The notes: a model not told the origin generated them from the sequence alone. Numbered from the stretch's first letter, positions 53,401-63,827 are shown. The stretch: DNA of 64,000 nucleotides from an uncultured delta proteobacterium (GCA_963810495.1 CAWENP010000001.1:153924-217923); one strand, 5' to 3'. Numbers and translations are program-made.

Positions 53401-53741
53401 CCGACGCGCTCGAAACGGTCGAACAGGCGCTCCAGGCGAATCCGGACGAACTCGTATACCGGCCCGAGACGCTACGGCTTCGCGGGGAACTGCGGCTCAA
53501 ACACGGAAAAATAGAACTGGCCGAGGCTGGCTTCCGCGAGGCAATCGCGCTCGCGCAGAAGATAGGTGCGAAAGCGTGGGAGTTGCGTGCGGCCCTGAGT
53601 CTTGCCCGCCTGCTCGCGAAACAGGGGCGCCGCGACGAGGCGCGCTCGATGCTCGCCGAAATCTACGGCTGGTTCACCGAGGGCTTCGATACCGCCGACT
53701 TGGAGGATGCGAAGTCGCTGCTCGAGCAGTTGGGGGCGTAG
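50403..53741 (+). CDS. Multidomain signalling protein: double zinc ribbon + class III adenylate/guanylate cyclase + STAND/AAA P-loop NTPase + TPR repeats.
   Basis: MRCPNCSAENPQGAKFCCECAS...CARCGANN zinc ribbons. Cyclase motifs RRHLTVLFCDLVGST, and GIDSGAVVVG...GDTPNIAARV. Walker A LIVGEAGIGKSRLV. C-terminal TPR-like helices. Confidence 0.85.
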   Translation: MRCPNCSAENPQGAKFCCECASSMMAKCARCGANNQPRAKYCNECAAPLIASARVEATVQSRAGTAGERRHLTVLFCDLVGSTEIASRLDPEEWREIVGEYHRASAQAIERFGGHVAQYLGDGVMAYFGWPEAHDNDAERAARAGLAILDAISKLNEHLSGPRLAARVGIDSGAVVVGAGAGKEADVFGDTPNIAARVQAAAEPGTVVITEAVHRLVSGLFVIEDRGTPALKGIERPVQLYRVVQPSTVRGRLEAAAAARGLTPFVGREDELRSLIYRWERTLDGEGQVALIVGEAGIGKSRLVQRFHEQIAGTPHTWVEAAAAPFFQNTPFYPIVDVLHQLVWEQSFRSLDEYLRELQTTGDNNDRGDAVSGEPPNDTQFAQLQSGLALAGLEPAQAIPLIAPLLNLPLPPEYSASPLSPEQQRRRLLATLVEWVLGAARVQPVVVAIEDLHWADPSTLELLQLLVEQGATAQLLLLYTARPEFRVPWPLRAHHTQITLNRLNSRNVRTMVEEVAAHKALQVLTNETIAAVVERTGGVPLFVEELTRAVLESGDAKLTGSEIPVTLHDSLMARLDRLGAAKEVIQIGAVIGGEFSYELLHAVHPIAEEDLQRALRKLADAEMLYVRGIAPDATYQFKHALIRDAAYEALLKSRRKDLHRLVARAIDEKFPALKEAHPEVLARHWTEAGETEPAIAEWSRAGTSAWARNAFTEAQESYRQALALLNLLPKSLQRDLRELELRQSVISMLWITRGYAAPETIHATEHAAALAEKSGNLKQLVALMTNRGYTIFHSGDLPGAGALADQALELALRDRAHVSLAHAHVLQMAIRYQRGDFAGAEEHFIAGLKFFDDTVFRQFPEARVSPFGYAAHNAWNLGRANAAREREARMMAGVDGKNPFQMALSGVWAASLRLAMREHEQAEIFAARALELSDKNQYPQLASMSRCVLGQAWAERGRPTEGVALIRRGIIDWLEAGTRSNTVYWTTLLAAAQECEGSVADALETVEQALQANPDELVYRPETLRLRGELRLKHGKIELAEAGFREAIALAQKIGAKAWELRAALSLARLLAKQGRRDEARSMLAEIYGWFTEGFDTADLEDAKSLLEQLGA

Positions 53742-53773
53742 GGGGCGATGCTCTGCGCGAAGTGATCGAAAAC

Positions 53774-53816
53774 TAAAAACCGCGGGGCGGACGGCGCATC
53801 GCACCGCCCGCCCCGC
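53774..53816 (-). terminator. GC-rich hairpin plus T-run (minus-strand sense) downstream of the GT2 fusion gene. Also serves the convergent cyclase gene.
   Basis: aaaaaccGCGGGGCGGacggcgcatcgcaccgCCCGCCCCGCt. On the minus strand the hairpin is followed by TTTTT. Confidence 0.45.
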
Positions 53817-53900
53817 TATCCACACTCCCCGCTTCCACCACAAGTCCGGCCCCCCTGAAACTTGCGTGGCCGCTCGCCGGATGGAAGTCTTTTCCCTCGC

Positions 53901-56475
53901 TTACTCCACTGCGGACCGATTGTCAGCGAACAACTTGGCCGACGATCCGATCGGCTCGGCCGCCGCCGCCGCACTGGGCTCCGCCGCAGCCGCTGCGCGC
54001 CGCGCCGCCGCGGTCGGCTTGCCGAGCGGAATCAGGTTGAGTTCGTGCGCACACTGTTCGACGGCTTGATAGGCGAACCGTCCCGATTCGACCGCCTGGC
54101 TTACCGCGCACATCGCGCTCGCCATGGTGAGCGCGGCCAGCACGGCTGCCATCACCGAGAGGCCCAGCACCACGCACACCACCGTCGCGCCCGCAGCCAT
54201 CGCAAGGCCCATCAGGGTAAGCCGGCTCAGCCTGACGCGCACGGCGACATGGTTCTTGAGCCGCGCTCCCTCGTGCTCCTCGTCGGCGGTCTTGAACTGC
54301 AGGCGCGTCCAGGGGTCGGGACGAACCTCAAGGTCGTAATCGTTCCATCCGGGATCCGGCGTAACCGCGAGACCGGCGCGCGAGCAGTGCCGCGCCAGAC
54401 GCTCCAGCAAGCTCTCGCGCGTCGTCCACGCCTCGTTCCAGTACGAGAGATGGAGGCTGCGGCCGAATAGTCTCAGCGCGGGGCGCTGACGCGGCTGGAT
54501 TTCGCTGCCGAGGCTAATCGTGCTCATCCGCGTCTTCCATCGGGTCCAGGTACGCACCATCGGTCCGCTCCAGGCCAGGAACGCGACGAACAGCCGCGAG
54601 CCGAGCGAGTCGTGACATTTTTCAAGCGGCGCGTGCCACGCGTAATGCAGTGCCCATATCAGCCCTAGCGAGAACATCGCAAGCGCCGGCAGAATCGAAA
54701 ATCCTGCGAACCAGGTCAAGGCCGCCGCGGCCGCGAACACTAAGTTCCACTCAAGCGTCTGCGGCAGAAAGCTCAGGATACCCGGAACCTCGTCGTGCAC
54801 CGTCTGCGCGGCGCCATCCGCCCGCGTCCATCCGATACGGCGGCGCAGCGCGCCGGGCACGGTCGCCGCGAGACCCGGAATCGTGCCGCGCCATTTGATC
54901 TGGCCAAGCGCGTTGAAGCGCTCGGGATATTTCAGATAGAGCGCCGCCTCGGCACGGCCGTAACCGCGTTGCTGGCCGTAGTAGGCCTTTACCGTGTTGC
55001 GCCGGAAATGCCACACGAAGGCCGCCGGGCAATAGCCAAGCGCGAAACCCGCATCCAACATGCGCCAGCAGATGTCGACGTCGTCGCCGGCCGAAGTGAA
55101 CTGCGCGTCGAAGCCGCCCACCGCCACCAGCGCCGCCTTGGTGAAGACCATGTTGCATCCGGCCAGATGCTCGGCGCGATCGTCGGCGACCAGCACATGA
55201 CAAGGCGCGCCCGGCGCGGCGGCGACACAACCCTCGACCCGGCCTTCCTCGTGCGGCGCATAGTTGGGACCGCCGCAGCCGTCAAAGCCGCCGTCCACCA
55301 TCGCGCGCACCATTAGCGTCAGCCAGTCCGGATCGACCACGCAGTCCGAGTCGGTGTAGGCGATAATCTCGCCGCGCGCCGCATACAGTCCGACATTGCG
55401 CGCGACGCTCAAGCCCTTGTTGGGCTGACGGATAAGCCGGAACTCGGGAAATGCCATCGCGATTTCAGGCGGTGCGATCGCGCGAGCCGTCGTCGACGAT
55501 TACGATTTCGTAATTGGGATACTTGAGCCGGCGGAGCGACTCCAGGCACGGCAACATCGTGCGCTCGGCGTTGTAGGCGCAGATAACCACCGAGACCATC
55601 GGGATGCGCGGCGGATGCGGCGGACAGGTTCCGTTGAGCGAGACGAATGGACTCGCCTCGTCTAACCGCATTGGGCGCATCGCGAGCCAATCCGCGGCGG
55701 CCCGACGCGCAGCCGGCGGCGCAACCACGCCGGCTGCGCCAACGCCGAAAGCCGTCGCCACCAGTTCGTCCTGCTCGGAGCCCTGGCCCGCGATGGCCTC
55801 GGGAAATTCGATCACCACCGGCCGCGCCATCGCGAGATTGTGCAGCGCGGTCACGAACGGCGCGAGTTCCGCCGGGATGAAGCCGCCGACCTCGGCGTAG
55901 AGGAAATCCTCGGCTCCCGTGGCGAGCGCAATCGTGGACGGGCGATGCTTCAGCGCGACCAGCGCGCGGCCGTCGCGCGAATGAATCTCGCGGATGATTC
56001 GGTCGAGCGCGCGCCGCAGACGCTCGACGCCTAGCATCCTCAACTGCTCGGGAGCGATCGGGCATTCGATGAGATATCCTATGAGCGAGGGATGGTTACG
56101 CCAGGTATTGACGGTATGAACGATACGGTCGGTGGTTTCGCGCGCGCGGGCGGGTTCGAGCAGGTCCTCGGGCTTGAGGGCGATTTCGACCAGCCCCTGG
56201 AGCCCCGTGTAGGTAGCGAGATCGAGGACGGATTCCGCCTGTTCCTCGCTCAGCACCAGGGCCGTGGTATGGGTCTCTTGCAAAGCCTGGAGCCGATGCT
56301 TGAGCACGAGCCTCTGGCTGAGATCCAGCGCGGGCCGGACATCAGCAAGCCGCATCGCTTTGAGAAAAAATTTCTGACCAGCGCGGGAGAAAAATTTCCC
56401 CTGCGCAAGGATAGCCGGCCGGGAGCACACGTCTGGTAGCACGATACCCGCATACAGCCAAAGCTGTGCCACCAA
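53901..56475 (-). pseudogene. Glycoside-hydrolase-like (TIM-barrel) N-domain fused to a family 2 glycosyltransferase and a C-terminal multi-TM region. Split by a +1 frameshift near 55464-55467.
   Basis: ORF complement 55465..56475 ends ...SVVICAYNAE...YEIVIVDDGSRDRTA*. ORF complement 53901..55457 starts MAFPEFRLIRQPNKGLSVARNVG in the +1 frame. Removing one nucleotide gives the continuous GT2 core DDGSRDRTAEIAMAFPEF...ARN. The N-terminus AILAQGKFFSRAGQKFFLKAM resembles GH TIM-barrel starts. Confidence 0.65.
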
Positions 56476-56561
56476 AAAAGCCTCGCAGCGCCTTGGCTTT
56501 TGACGATACCGGGGCGATCAAAGGTCAACGTAATGGGATGTTGGCTAACCCTTTTGCGACT

Positions 56562-56578
56562 CTGCGGATCGCAGCCCA
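56562..56578 (-). promoter_or_regulatory. Possible sigma-54 (-24/-12) promoter for the GH::GT2 gene.
   Basis: Minus-strand sequence TGGgctgcgatccGCa has GG and GC at the canonical 10 nt spacing, about 80 nt upstream of the GTG start at 56475. Flanked by a TTTTGCGACT x2 repeat. An NtrC-type activator is encoded divergently. Confidence 0.25.
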
Positions 56579-56659
56579 GCGTTTTTGCGACTTGCAAAAC
56601 GCCGGCTCCGCTCCTAGAAGATGGATTTTGGCGATGTTATAAATTGATCGGTATTTAGC

Positions 56660-58503
56660 GTGGAACAGCACTCTAACGGCCGCCGCTCGCCGCGGAGCAC
56701 CGTACTAAATAAGCGCGGGACTGCTGCTGATAAAAGCAGGACTGCCTCTGAAAAGAGCAAGACTGCCTCTCTGAAAAGCGCGACTGATCGCTCGCACAAG
56801 AAGTTCACTTCGCATCAGGCTGGCGCTGCGGCCGCGGGAAAGGCCGGAACAGAGTTGCGCGCTCCTCACGACGCGCCGATAGAGCCGACGCCAGAGGAGC
56901 TCGAGTCGATCCGTGCGCAACTCCGCACGATCGAGCAGGCGCTCTCGGCGCTATTTGGCGCCGACTATCGCCGGGGACCGGAAAGCCAGCGCTCACGCCG
57001 CGCTGCCGCCGACATAATCGAACGCCACTTCGAGCGGATCGTCGAGGAATGGGTAGCGGCCATCCGCGGGATGTTCGACGAAGGCTCCGTGCCTCACAAC
57101 CGGCAGGTGCCGCAGAACTGCGCGAACGCTCTGATCCGGTTCATCGAGAACCTGCGCGACCGCGACAACCTCGACACGTACGTCTATCTGCGCCGGCATT
57201 GTCAGGAAGGGATGCTGTCGCGGGTGAGGCCGTCGGAGTTCAACGTCCTGCATATCGCGCTGAAGCAAATCATTATCAAGCGGGTGCGCTCCGCGCTCAA
57301 GCGGCCGCGGATGGAGCGGGTGCGCGAGGCGGTGGTCGCCGCGATCGACGAACGGCGCCTGATGGTCTCGCAGTTCTATATCGAGTCGCGCGAACATGAA
57401 TTGCGCGCCTCTGAGGAAAGATATCGCACAACCATCGACCACGCGCCTGACCCGATGTACGAGATCGAGCCGTACACCTGGATCGTGCAGGGCGCCAACG
57501 CCGCGGCCGAGGCGATGTACCGAATCGTCAAGGATCATGAGGACAAGCCGCTGGTGGGCCGCCGGCTGACCGAGCTTGGTCCGCCCGAGGACATCCCGCA
57601 CATCCTGAGTCATGTGGAGAAGGTGGTGCGCGACGGCTCCGACCAGATCCGCGATTGGCCGGAGGCCGGACGCTACTTCGACGTCAACTCGGCGTTGATC
57701 TCGTTCGGCAAGGTGCGGTTCGTGCACATGATCCTGCATGACGTGACCCAGCGGCGCGAGATGCTCGACGAGCTGCTGCGCACCGAGCGGCTGGCCGCGG
57801 CCGGCACCTTCGCCGCCGGCGTGGCGCACGAGGTTAACAACCCGCTCGGCTCGATCTCCTCGCTCGTGCAGTCGCTGCTGCCGGAGGAGACGGACCTCGC
57901 GCGGCGCACCTCGCTGCATACGATCCTCGCGCAGATCACGCGCATCTCGACCACGCTCAAGGACCTGGTCAACTTCGCCCGCCCCTCGCCGTCGCAGCGC
58001 AGCCGCTTCGATCTCAACGACCAGGTGCGCGAGACGCTGCGCCTGGTGGCCTACAACAGCCGCTTCCAGGGCATCACGTTCGAGCCGCAGTTGGCCACCG
58101 ACCTCAAGCTCGCATTCGCCGACAGCAACGAGATCCAGCAGGTGCTGATCAACCTGATCTTCAACGCCGCCGACGCGAGCCAGCATCGCAGCGGCACCAT
58201 CCGGATCGTGACCGAGAACGTGGCCGGCCGCGACACCGGCGGCCACGTCAAAAAGGTTCTGATGCGCGTGGTCGACAACGGCATCGGCATCCCGCCCGAG
58301 CATCTAAGCCGCGTCTTCGATCCGTTTTTCACTACCAAGCCGGCCGGCGCGGGCGTGGGACTCGGACTTTCGCTCTGCCAGCGCATCATCCTCGCCAACT
58401 TCGGCACCATCCGCATCGACAGCGAGATCGGCAAAGGCACCGCAGTGACGATTTGTCTTCCTACCTACGAATGCGAGGCGGCCGCGGCCCACGCGCCGGC
58501 ATC

Positions 58504-58507
<4 letters not shown>
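56660..58507 (+). CDS. Cytoplasmic PAS-domain sensor histidine kinase
   Basis: HisKA with AAGVAHEVNNPLGSI (H-box). HATPase_c with N-box and the G-boxes DNGIGI and GLGLSLCQRI. The true start may be downstream of the listed GTG. Confidence 0.85.
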
Positions 58508-59979
<1,472 letters not shown>

Positions 59980-60010
59980 GTTTGGTGACAACTTTTGGTG
60001 ACAAAAAAAT

Positions 60011-60046
60011 AAGGCCGTCACCCGTAGAAGAATGACGGCCTTTTCG
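60011..60046 (+). terminator. Rho-independent terminator supplied by island DNA downstream of the remodelled regulator gene.
   Basis: AAGGCCGTCAcccgtagaagaaTGACGGCCTTTT, a 10 bp perfect stem followed by a T-run. Confidence 0.65.
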
Positions 60047-60114
60047 AAGCCGGAATCTAACTCGCGTGCTTCAGGGTCTCGGTTGGCTGCGCGTATAACC
60101 TGTCGGCAAGCGAC

Positions 60115-60543
60115 TTATCCGCACGCGGCAAACCAATGGGCGTAATACTTGAGCGTCATGATCGCGTTGGCGTGGCCTAACTGCTCGCTTACGTAAATGA
60201 TGGGAGCGCCGAGTTCGAGATGCCGGGTGGCGAAGGTGTGCCTTGTGTCGTACAGAATGTGACCGCTTACCCCGGCCCGCTTCATAGTCGCGGCGAGGTT
60301 CTTGCGCACGCGGGAAATATCCAGCGGCTTGCTTGCGCCGTTGATGAAAACCGACTTCGGCACTTCACCCCAGCCGCGTTGAAGGGTTTGGCGTTCGCGA
60401 GCAACCCGCAGCGCACGGAGCGCTGCGATCAACTCCAGCGAAAGATCAACTCGCCGTGACTTGCCGGTTTTGGTTCGGCCCATTCTGCCGCTACTGTTCG
60501 AGCGTTCGATCAGAGCTTCACGTTTGTTAAAAAGTAAGTCCAA
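60115..60543 (-). pseudogene. Tyrosine recombinase / phage integrase, C-terminal catalytic-domain fragment only (truncated).
   Basis: 142 aa ending ...HILYDTRHTFATRHLELGAPIIYVSEQLGHANAIMTLKYYAHW (box II R-H-R-Y region) with the box I Arg in TKTGKSRRVDLS. It lacks the roughly 250 aa N-terminal/core-binding portion. Confidence 0.7.
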
Positions 60544-60609
60544 TGACCGTCAGCTCGGCGCTGGCAGCAGAAAATGCCGCAAAAAAGAGGAATTAGAGTG
60601 TTAAACTTA

Positions 60610-61032
60610 ATGTCTCTGAGAAGGGCCGCTCTCTTACCGTATGTAAGTCTCATACTCGGTGCCGCTGGTTTGCTCTTATTGGCGACGGCTGAGGTATCGG
60701 CGCAAACTGCGCCAACTGGGGAAGCTGACTATCAAAAGCACTGTGCATCGTGTCACGGGATGGATGGAACGGGGAATGAGTTATCCGACATTCGAGGGCC
60801 CGATTTAACCCATTTGACCAAAGAGAACGGGGGCAAATTTCCTTCTCAAGAGGTCTACGACGTGATTGATGGCAAAAAACGGATTGCAGCGCATAAGCGC
60901 TTCCTAGACATGCCGTTGTGGGGCGTATATTTCCGAGAGCCGAAAAATCCTTCCGAGAGTGCTTCCGAAACGAAAGCGAAATCCCGAATTACCGATCTGG
61001 TCCATTACATCCAAAGCCTTCAGAAGAATTGA
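60610..61032 (+). CDS. Class I c-type cytochrome (monohaem), secreted
   Basis: Signal peptide MSLRRAALLPYVSLILGAAGLLLLATAEVSA, haem-binding CASCHG, and a distal Met region. Low-GC codon usage. Confidence 0.65.
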   Translation: MSLRRAALLPYVSLILGAAGLLLLATAEVSAQTAPTGEADYQKHCASCHGMDGTGNELSDIRGPDLTHLTKENGGKFPSQEVYDVIDGKKRIAAHKRFLDMPLWGVYFREPKNPSESASETKAKSRITDLVHYIQSLQKN

Positions 61033-61039
61033 TTTTGGG

Positions 61040-61290
61040 CCTTTCCGTGGTGAGCGCGACGGCCTCTCCGGTTTTGGCGTGATGTTCGACTCTACGTGAA
61101 CGGCGTCCAGAATGCTGATCGTGCTGCCAGGCCTTGCCGCCGCGATGGCTGCCGCAATGGTCGTGTACTTGCAACCGCTAGCGCAGACAGTTCGTACCGC
61201 GGCGTATCCACGTGACGGAGCGGCGAGACCGAACGCAAACGAGACGAGCAGTAGAATCGCGGCTCGACAGATGGTGCTTGCATTTCGGTT
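61040..61290 (-). pseudogene. Remnant N-terminus of a right-handed parallel beta-helix (NosD/pectate-lyase-like) secreted protein
   Basis: ORF complement 60904..61347. The meaningful part ...AAPSRGYAAVRTVCASGCKYTTIAAAIAAARPGSTISILDAVHVESNI matches the CxxGCxYxTIqaAIdaAxpGdtI beta-helix N-terminal motif, then degenerates. The 3' part is antisense to the cytochrome gene. Confidence 0.3.
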
Positions 61291-61540
61291 GGGGCCCGGC
61301 TCCTCCACTCTCACAACTACTTTGCTTAGGTGCTTTCGCGATTTCATTGCGGACCTCCGTCGGAAGGCCGGCTATTGGGGAGAGCGCGGCAGCCTTCAGG
61401 ATCAAGGCCTGTCGTGCGGTCCGAGTTGGAAAAAGTCGCGAAGGTAGGAAGAAATGCGGCTTTATAGGTGAGTACTAATCATGATGGACGATTAACGGCA
61501 AACAGAATCTTTCACCACTGGATTGCGGACGCCGTGGGCG

Positions 61541-61598
61541 GCGGAACCATCAGATACCATCCGACCAAGGCGAGCGCAGCGGCATAGCGGAGTTTCAG
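61541..61598. repeat. Copy 1 of an imperfect direct repeat of about 60 bp
   Basis: gccgtggGCGGCGGAaccatcagataccatccgaccaaggcgagcgcagcggcatagcggagtttcagc. Shares the core accatYagataccaKccgaccaaggcgagcgcRgcggc with 61958-62012. Confidence 0.6.
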
Positions 61599-61738
61599 CA
61601 CTTTATGTCTTCCGTCGCATCGGTTGCCAGCCCGGCCTTTTTGTCTTAGTTCACATTTCCGCGATCATACGGTCGCGGCCTCATTGAAGGACATTCAATT
61701 TGAATGTGGCAGTTTCCGTTAAACGCTATCGCGCCTTG

Positions 61739-61906
61739 TTCATGGACGCCTGAGGAATCTCAAATAGAAAGCTGCGAACACCAAGACAATGCCAATATTC
61801 ACTGTCAGCCGTTCCCAGAATCGGTTTCTGAAGAACACGAAATCTACACCGACTATGAGGGCTGCCATCGCCACCACGTAAAGCACGACAGCTACCTGTC
61901 TGCCCA
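61739..61906 (-). CDS. Hypothetical small hydrophobic protein (55 aa, 2 predicted TM)
   Basis: MGRQVAVVLYVVAMAALIVGVDFVFFRNRFWERLTVNIGIVLVFAAFYLRFLRRP. Sits between the two 60 bp repeats. The opposite-strand ORF 61704..61925 (Cys/His-rich) is an alternative reading. Confidence 0.25.
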
Positions 61907-61957
61907 TTTCAGATTCCTCGCTTAAAATTTATGCCAGCGGTCCCTACTTTTCCTTGA

Positions 61958-62012
61958 GCCGTGGCACCATTAGATACCAGCCGACCAAGGCGAGCGCGGC
62001 GGCGTGTCGGGG
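61958..62012. repeat. Copy 2 of the imperfect direct repeat of about 60 bp
   Basis: gccgtggcaccattagataccagccgaccaaggcgagcgcggcggcgtgtcggggcttcatgc. Confidence 0.6.
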
Positions 62013-62236
62013 CTTCATGCGACCCACCTGACAAAGTCCGCCCTGCGTGCCACTTTGGTCAAGGCGGCGGGTCGGCGATCTGGAATCGAGCCCTGCACGC
62101 TGGTGTGCTCGCGTGGTACCTTAGGTCCTCAAAAGGTCCTTCAAAATGTCCGCAAGGTGTCTCGTGAAATCTTCAATGACGGACCTGGAAGAGAATACGT
62201 CGATGGACTTGTTTCACGCACACTGATCGGTTGGAC

Positions 62237-63331
62237 ATGCAGTCAAGTAAGGTTTTCATTGATGAAAGCGGCAATACGGGAGATGACCTTCTCAATCTCG
62301 ATCAGCCCATCTTTGCGCTGGTTGGAGTTGGAGTCGATGCGAAGGCCGAGCGTAAGGTCAAATCAGCTATCGTCAACCTTCGAAAGAAATACTGTATAGC
62401 AAAGGGGCAAGAGCTCAAGGGACAAAGATTGCTGCGAGGACGAAAAAAATGGCTGATTAAGGATCTCGCCGATGCAATCTTTCAAAGTGACGGCATGGTC
62501 TTCCTTGTCCTAGTTGAGAAACGCTTTAACGTTTGCTCATTCATTGTCGACGATCTCTTCGATCCTGCCTACAACGACAACTGCGACAACTCTTGGACGC
62601 ATTTTCGGCCAGAGAAGATACAGATCGCAGAAATATTCTACGACCACCTCTCCGGTGAGACGTTGCGGTTAGCGGCTCAGTTCTTACGCTCCGGACAAGG
62701 AATAACGGAATTATTTGAGAGGCTGCTTCACGAATTGCGCTCCGTGAATTATTCAATACCTTTAGCGCAGACGGTTTCCGGCGTTCGTAGTCACCTTGAG
62801 CATTTGTCTGCTGTGGTCGCTTCGATATCAGGTGCGAACCAGGACATTGAAGTGGCTTCAGGAGTGATGAACTCGCCAAATTATTTCTCGTTCTTTGACT
62901 TGATGAACAAAGCTGAGTTCTTCTATTCGCAAAGGCGAGCAAGGGCGCGCCTCATCTTCGACTCGGCCCGACAATTCGATGAGTCGTTCGCAGCTGCTTT
63001 TCGAAGATTAAAGAGGGCTCGCCGGGCAGTTCTCTATGAAAGACCCGGCAGCATTCCGTTCATCCTTGGCTATCGTGCTATTCGCGATTTCACAACCGCA
63101 TCATCCAATCGGACACCCCTCCTCCAGTGCGGCGACCTTCTAGCGACCGGGATCGCACAAACCGTAAAGAAGATAAACGCCGGCGGCTCGCCCGAAGATC
63201 AGGTGGACTTCGCACTTCTTGGCTTGCCAGGTGCGCTTGGTCCGTTTTTTACATGTATTGTTTCGGCGAGGCTCGTGTCTCGGATGGCTTCAGCCCTTTC
63301 CAACCCGTTATCTCGGAACCTCCGTCCTTAG
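62237..63331 (+). CDS. DUF3800 family protein (uncharacterised; possible RNase-H-like fold)
   Basis: N-terminus MQSSKVFIDESGNTGDDLLNLDQPIFALVGV matches the DUF3800 hallmark (Y/F-I-D-E-S-G followed by a hydrophobic strand). Low-GC codon usage. The listed ORF begins at TTG 62231. Confidence 0.7.
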   Translation: MQSSKVFIDESGNTGDDLLNLDQPIFALVGVGVDAKAERKVKSAIVNLRKKYCIAKGQELKGQRLLRGRKKWLIKDLADAIFQSDGMVFLVLVEKRFNVCSFIVDDLFDPAYNDNCDNSWTHFRPEKIQIAEIFYDHLSGETLRLAAQFLRSGQGITELFERLLHELRSVNYSIPLAQTVSGVRSHLEHLSAVVASISGANQDIEVASGVMNSPNYFSFFDLMNKAEFFYSQRRARARLIFDSARQFDESFAAAFRRLKRARRAVLYERPGSIPFILGYRAIRDFTTASSNRTPLLQCGDLLATGIAQTVKKINAGGSPEDQVDFALLGLPGALGPFFTCIVSARLVSRMASALSNPLSRNLRP

Positions 63332-63602
63332 GAATTTAGCCCTCGCAAGCCACCTGTTCCGTTCTTCACCGGCCCCGGCCCTGGAACTGGCGGATGGCGC
63401 TGACCTAACTGTTCATCCGCCAGCCCCGCCGAGGTGGCAGCAAACGGTCGCACTAGAGAACATTTCCCTGGTATGATTTTGGTGCCAACTCGGTGCCAAA
63501 TGTGCTCAGATACGACCTTACGAGCACGAACTCGAGAATCGAAAAGCTCTTGATTTCCGTACTAATCCGCTCGCTAAGTGCGTGACAGTGAGGCACCCGA
63601 CA

Positions 63603-63640
63603 CGACGCTCTACCGCAAGGTCCAGCGCTACCGGCTGGAG
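63603..63640. repeat. attR-like copy of the 38 bp direct repeat, with the displaced original 3' end of the regulator gene following in frame.
   Basis: Identical to 59888-59925 except one T/C. Continues ...aatgtgggcgtgggcgaaggcgcggcgcaaccggcggttccgcgcggcgcgccggttggacgggaatag. Confidence 0.7.
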
Positions 63641-63827
63641 AATGTGGGCGTGGGCGAAGGCGCGGCGCAACCGGCGGTTCCGCGCGGCGCGCCGGTTGGA
63701 CGGGAATAGCCTCAGGACCGGCGTCCTTTTGGGGCTTGCGCGACGCTCGAACCGCTGGTAGCAATCGGCATCGGCACGCGATAGACTTTTGAAAGCACGG
63801 TCGAGATCCCGCCGTGCGGAGATGACC

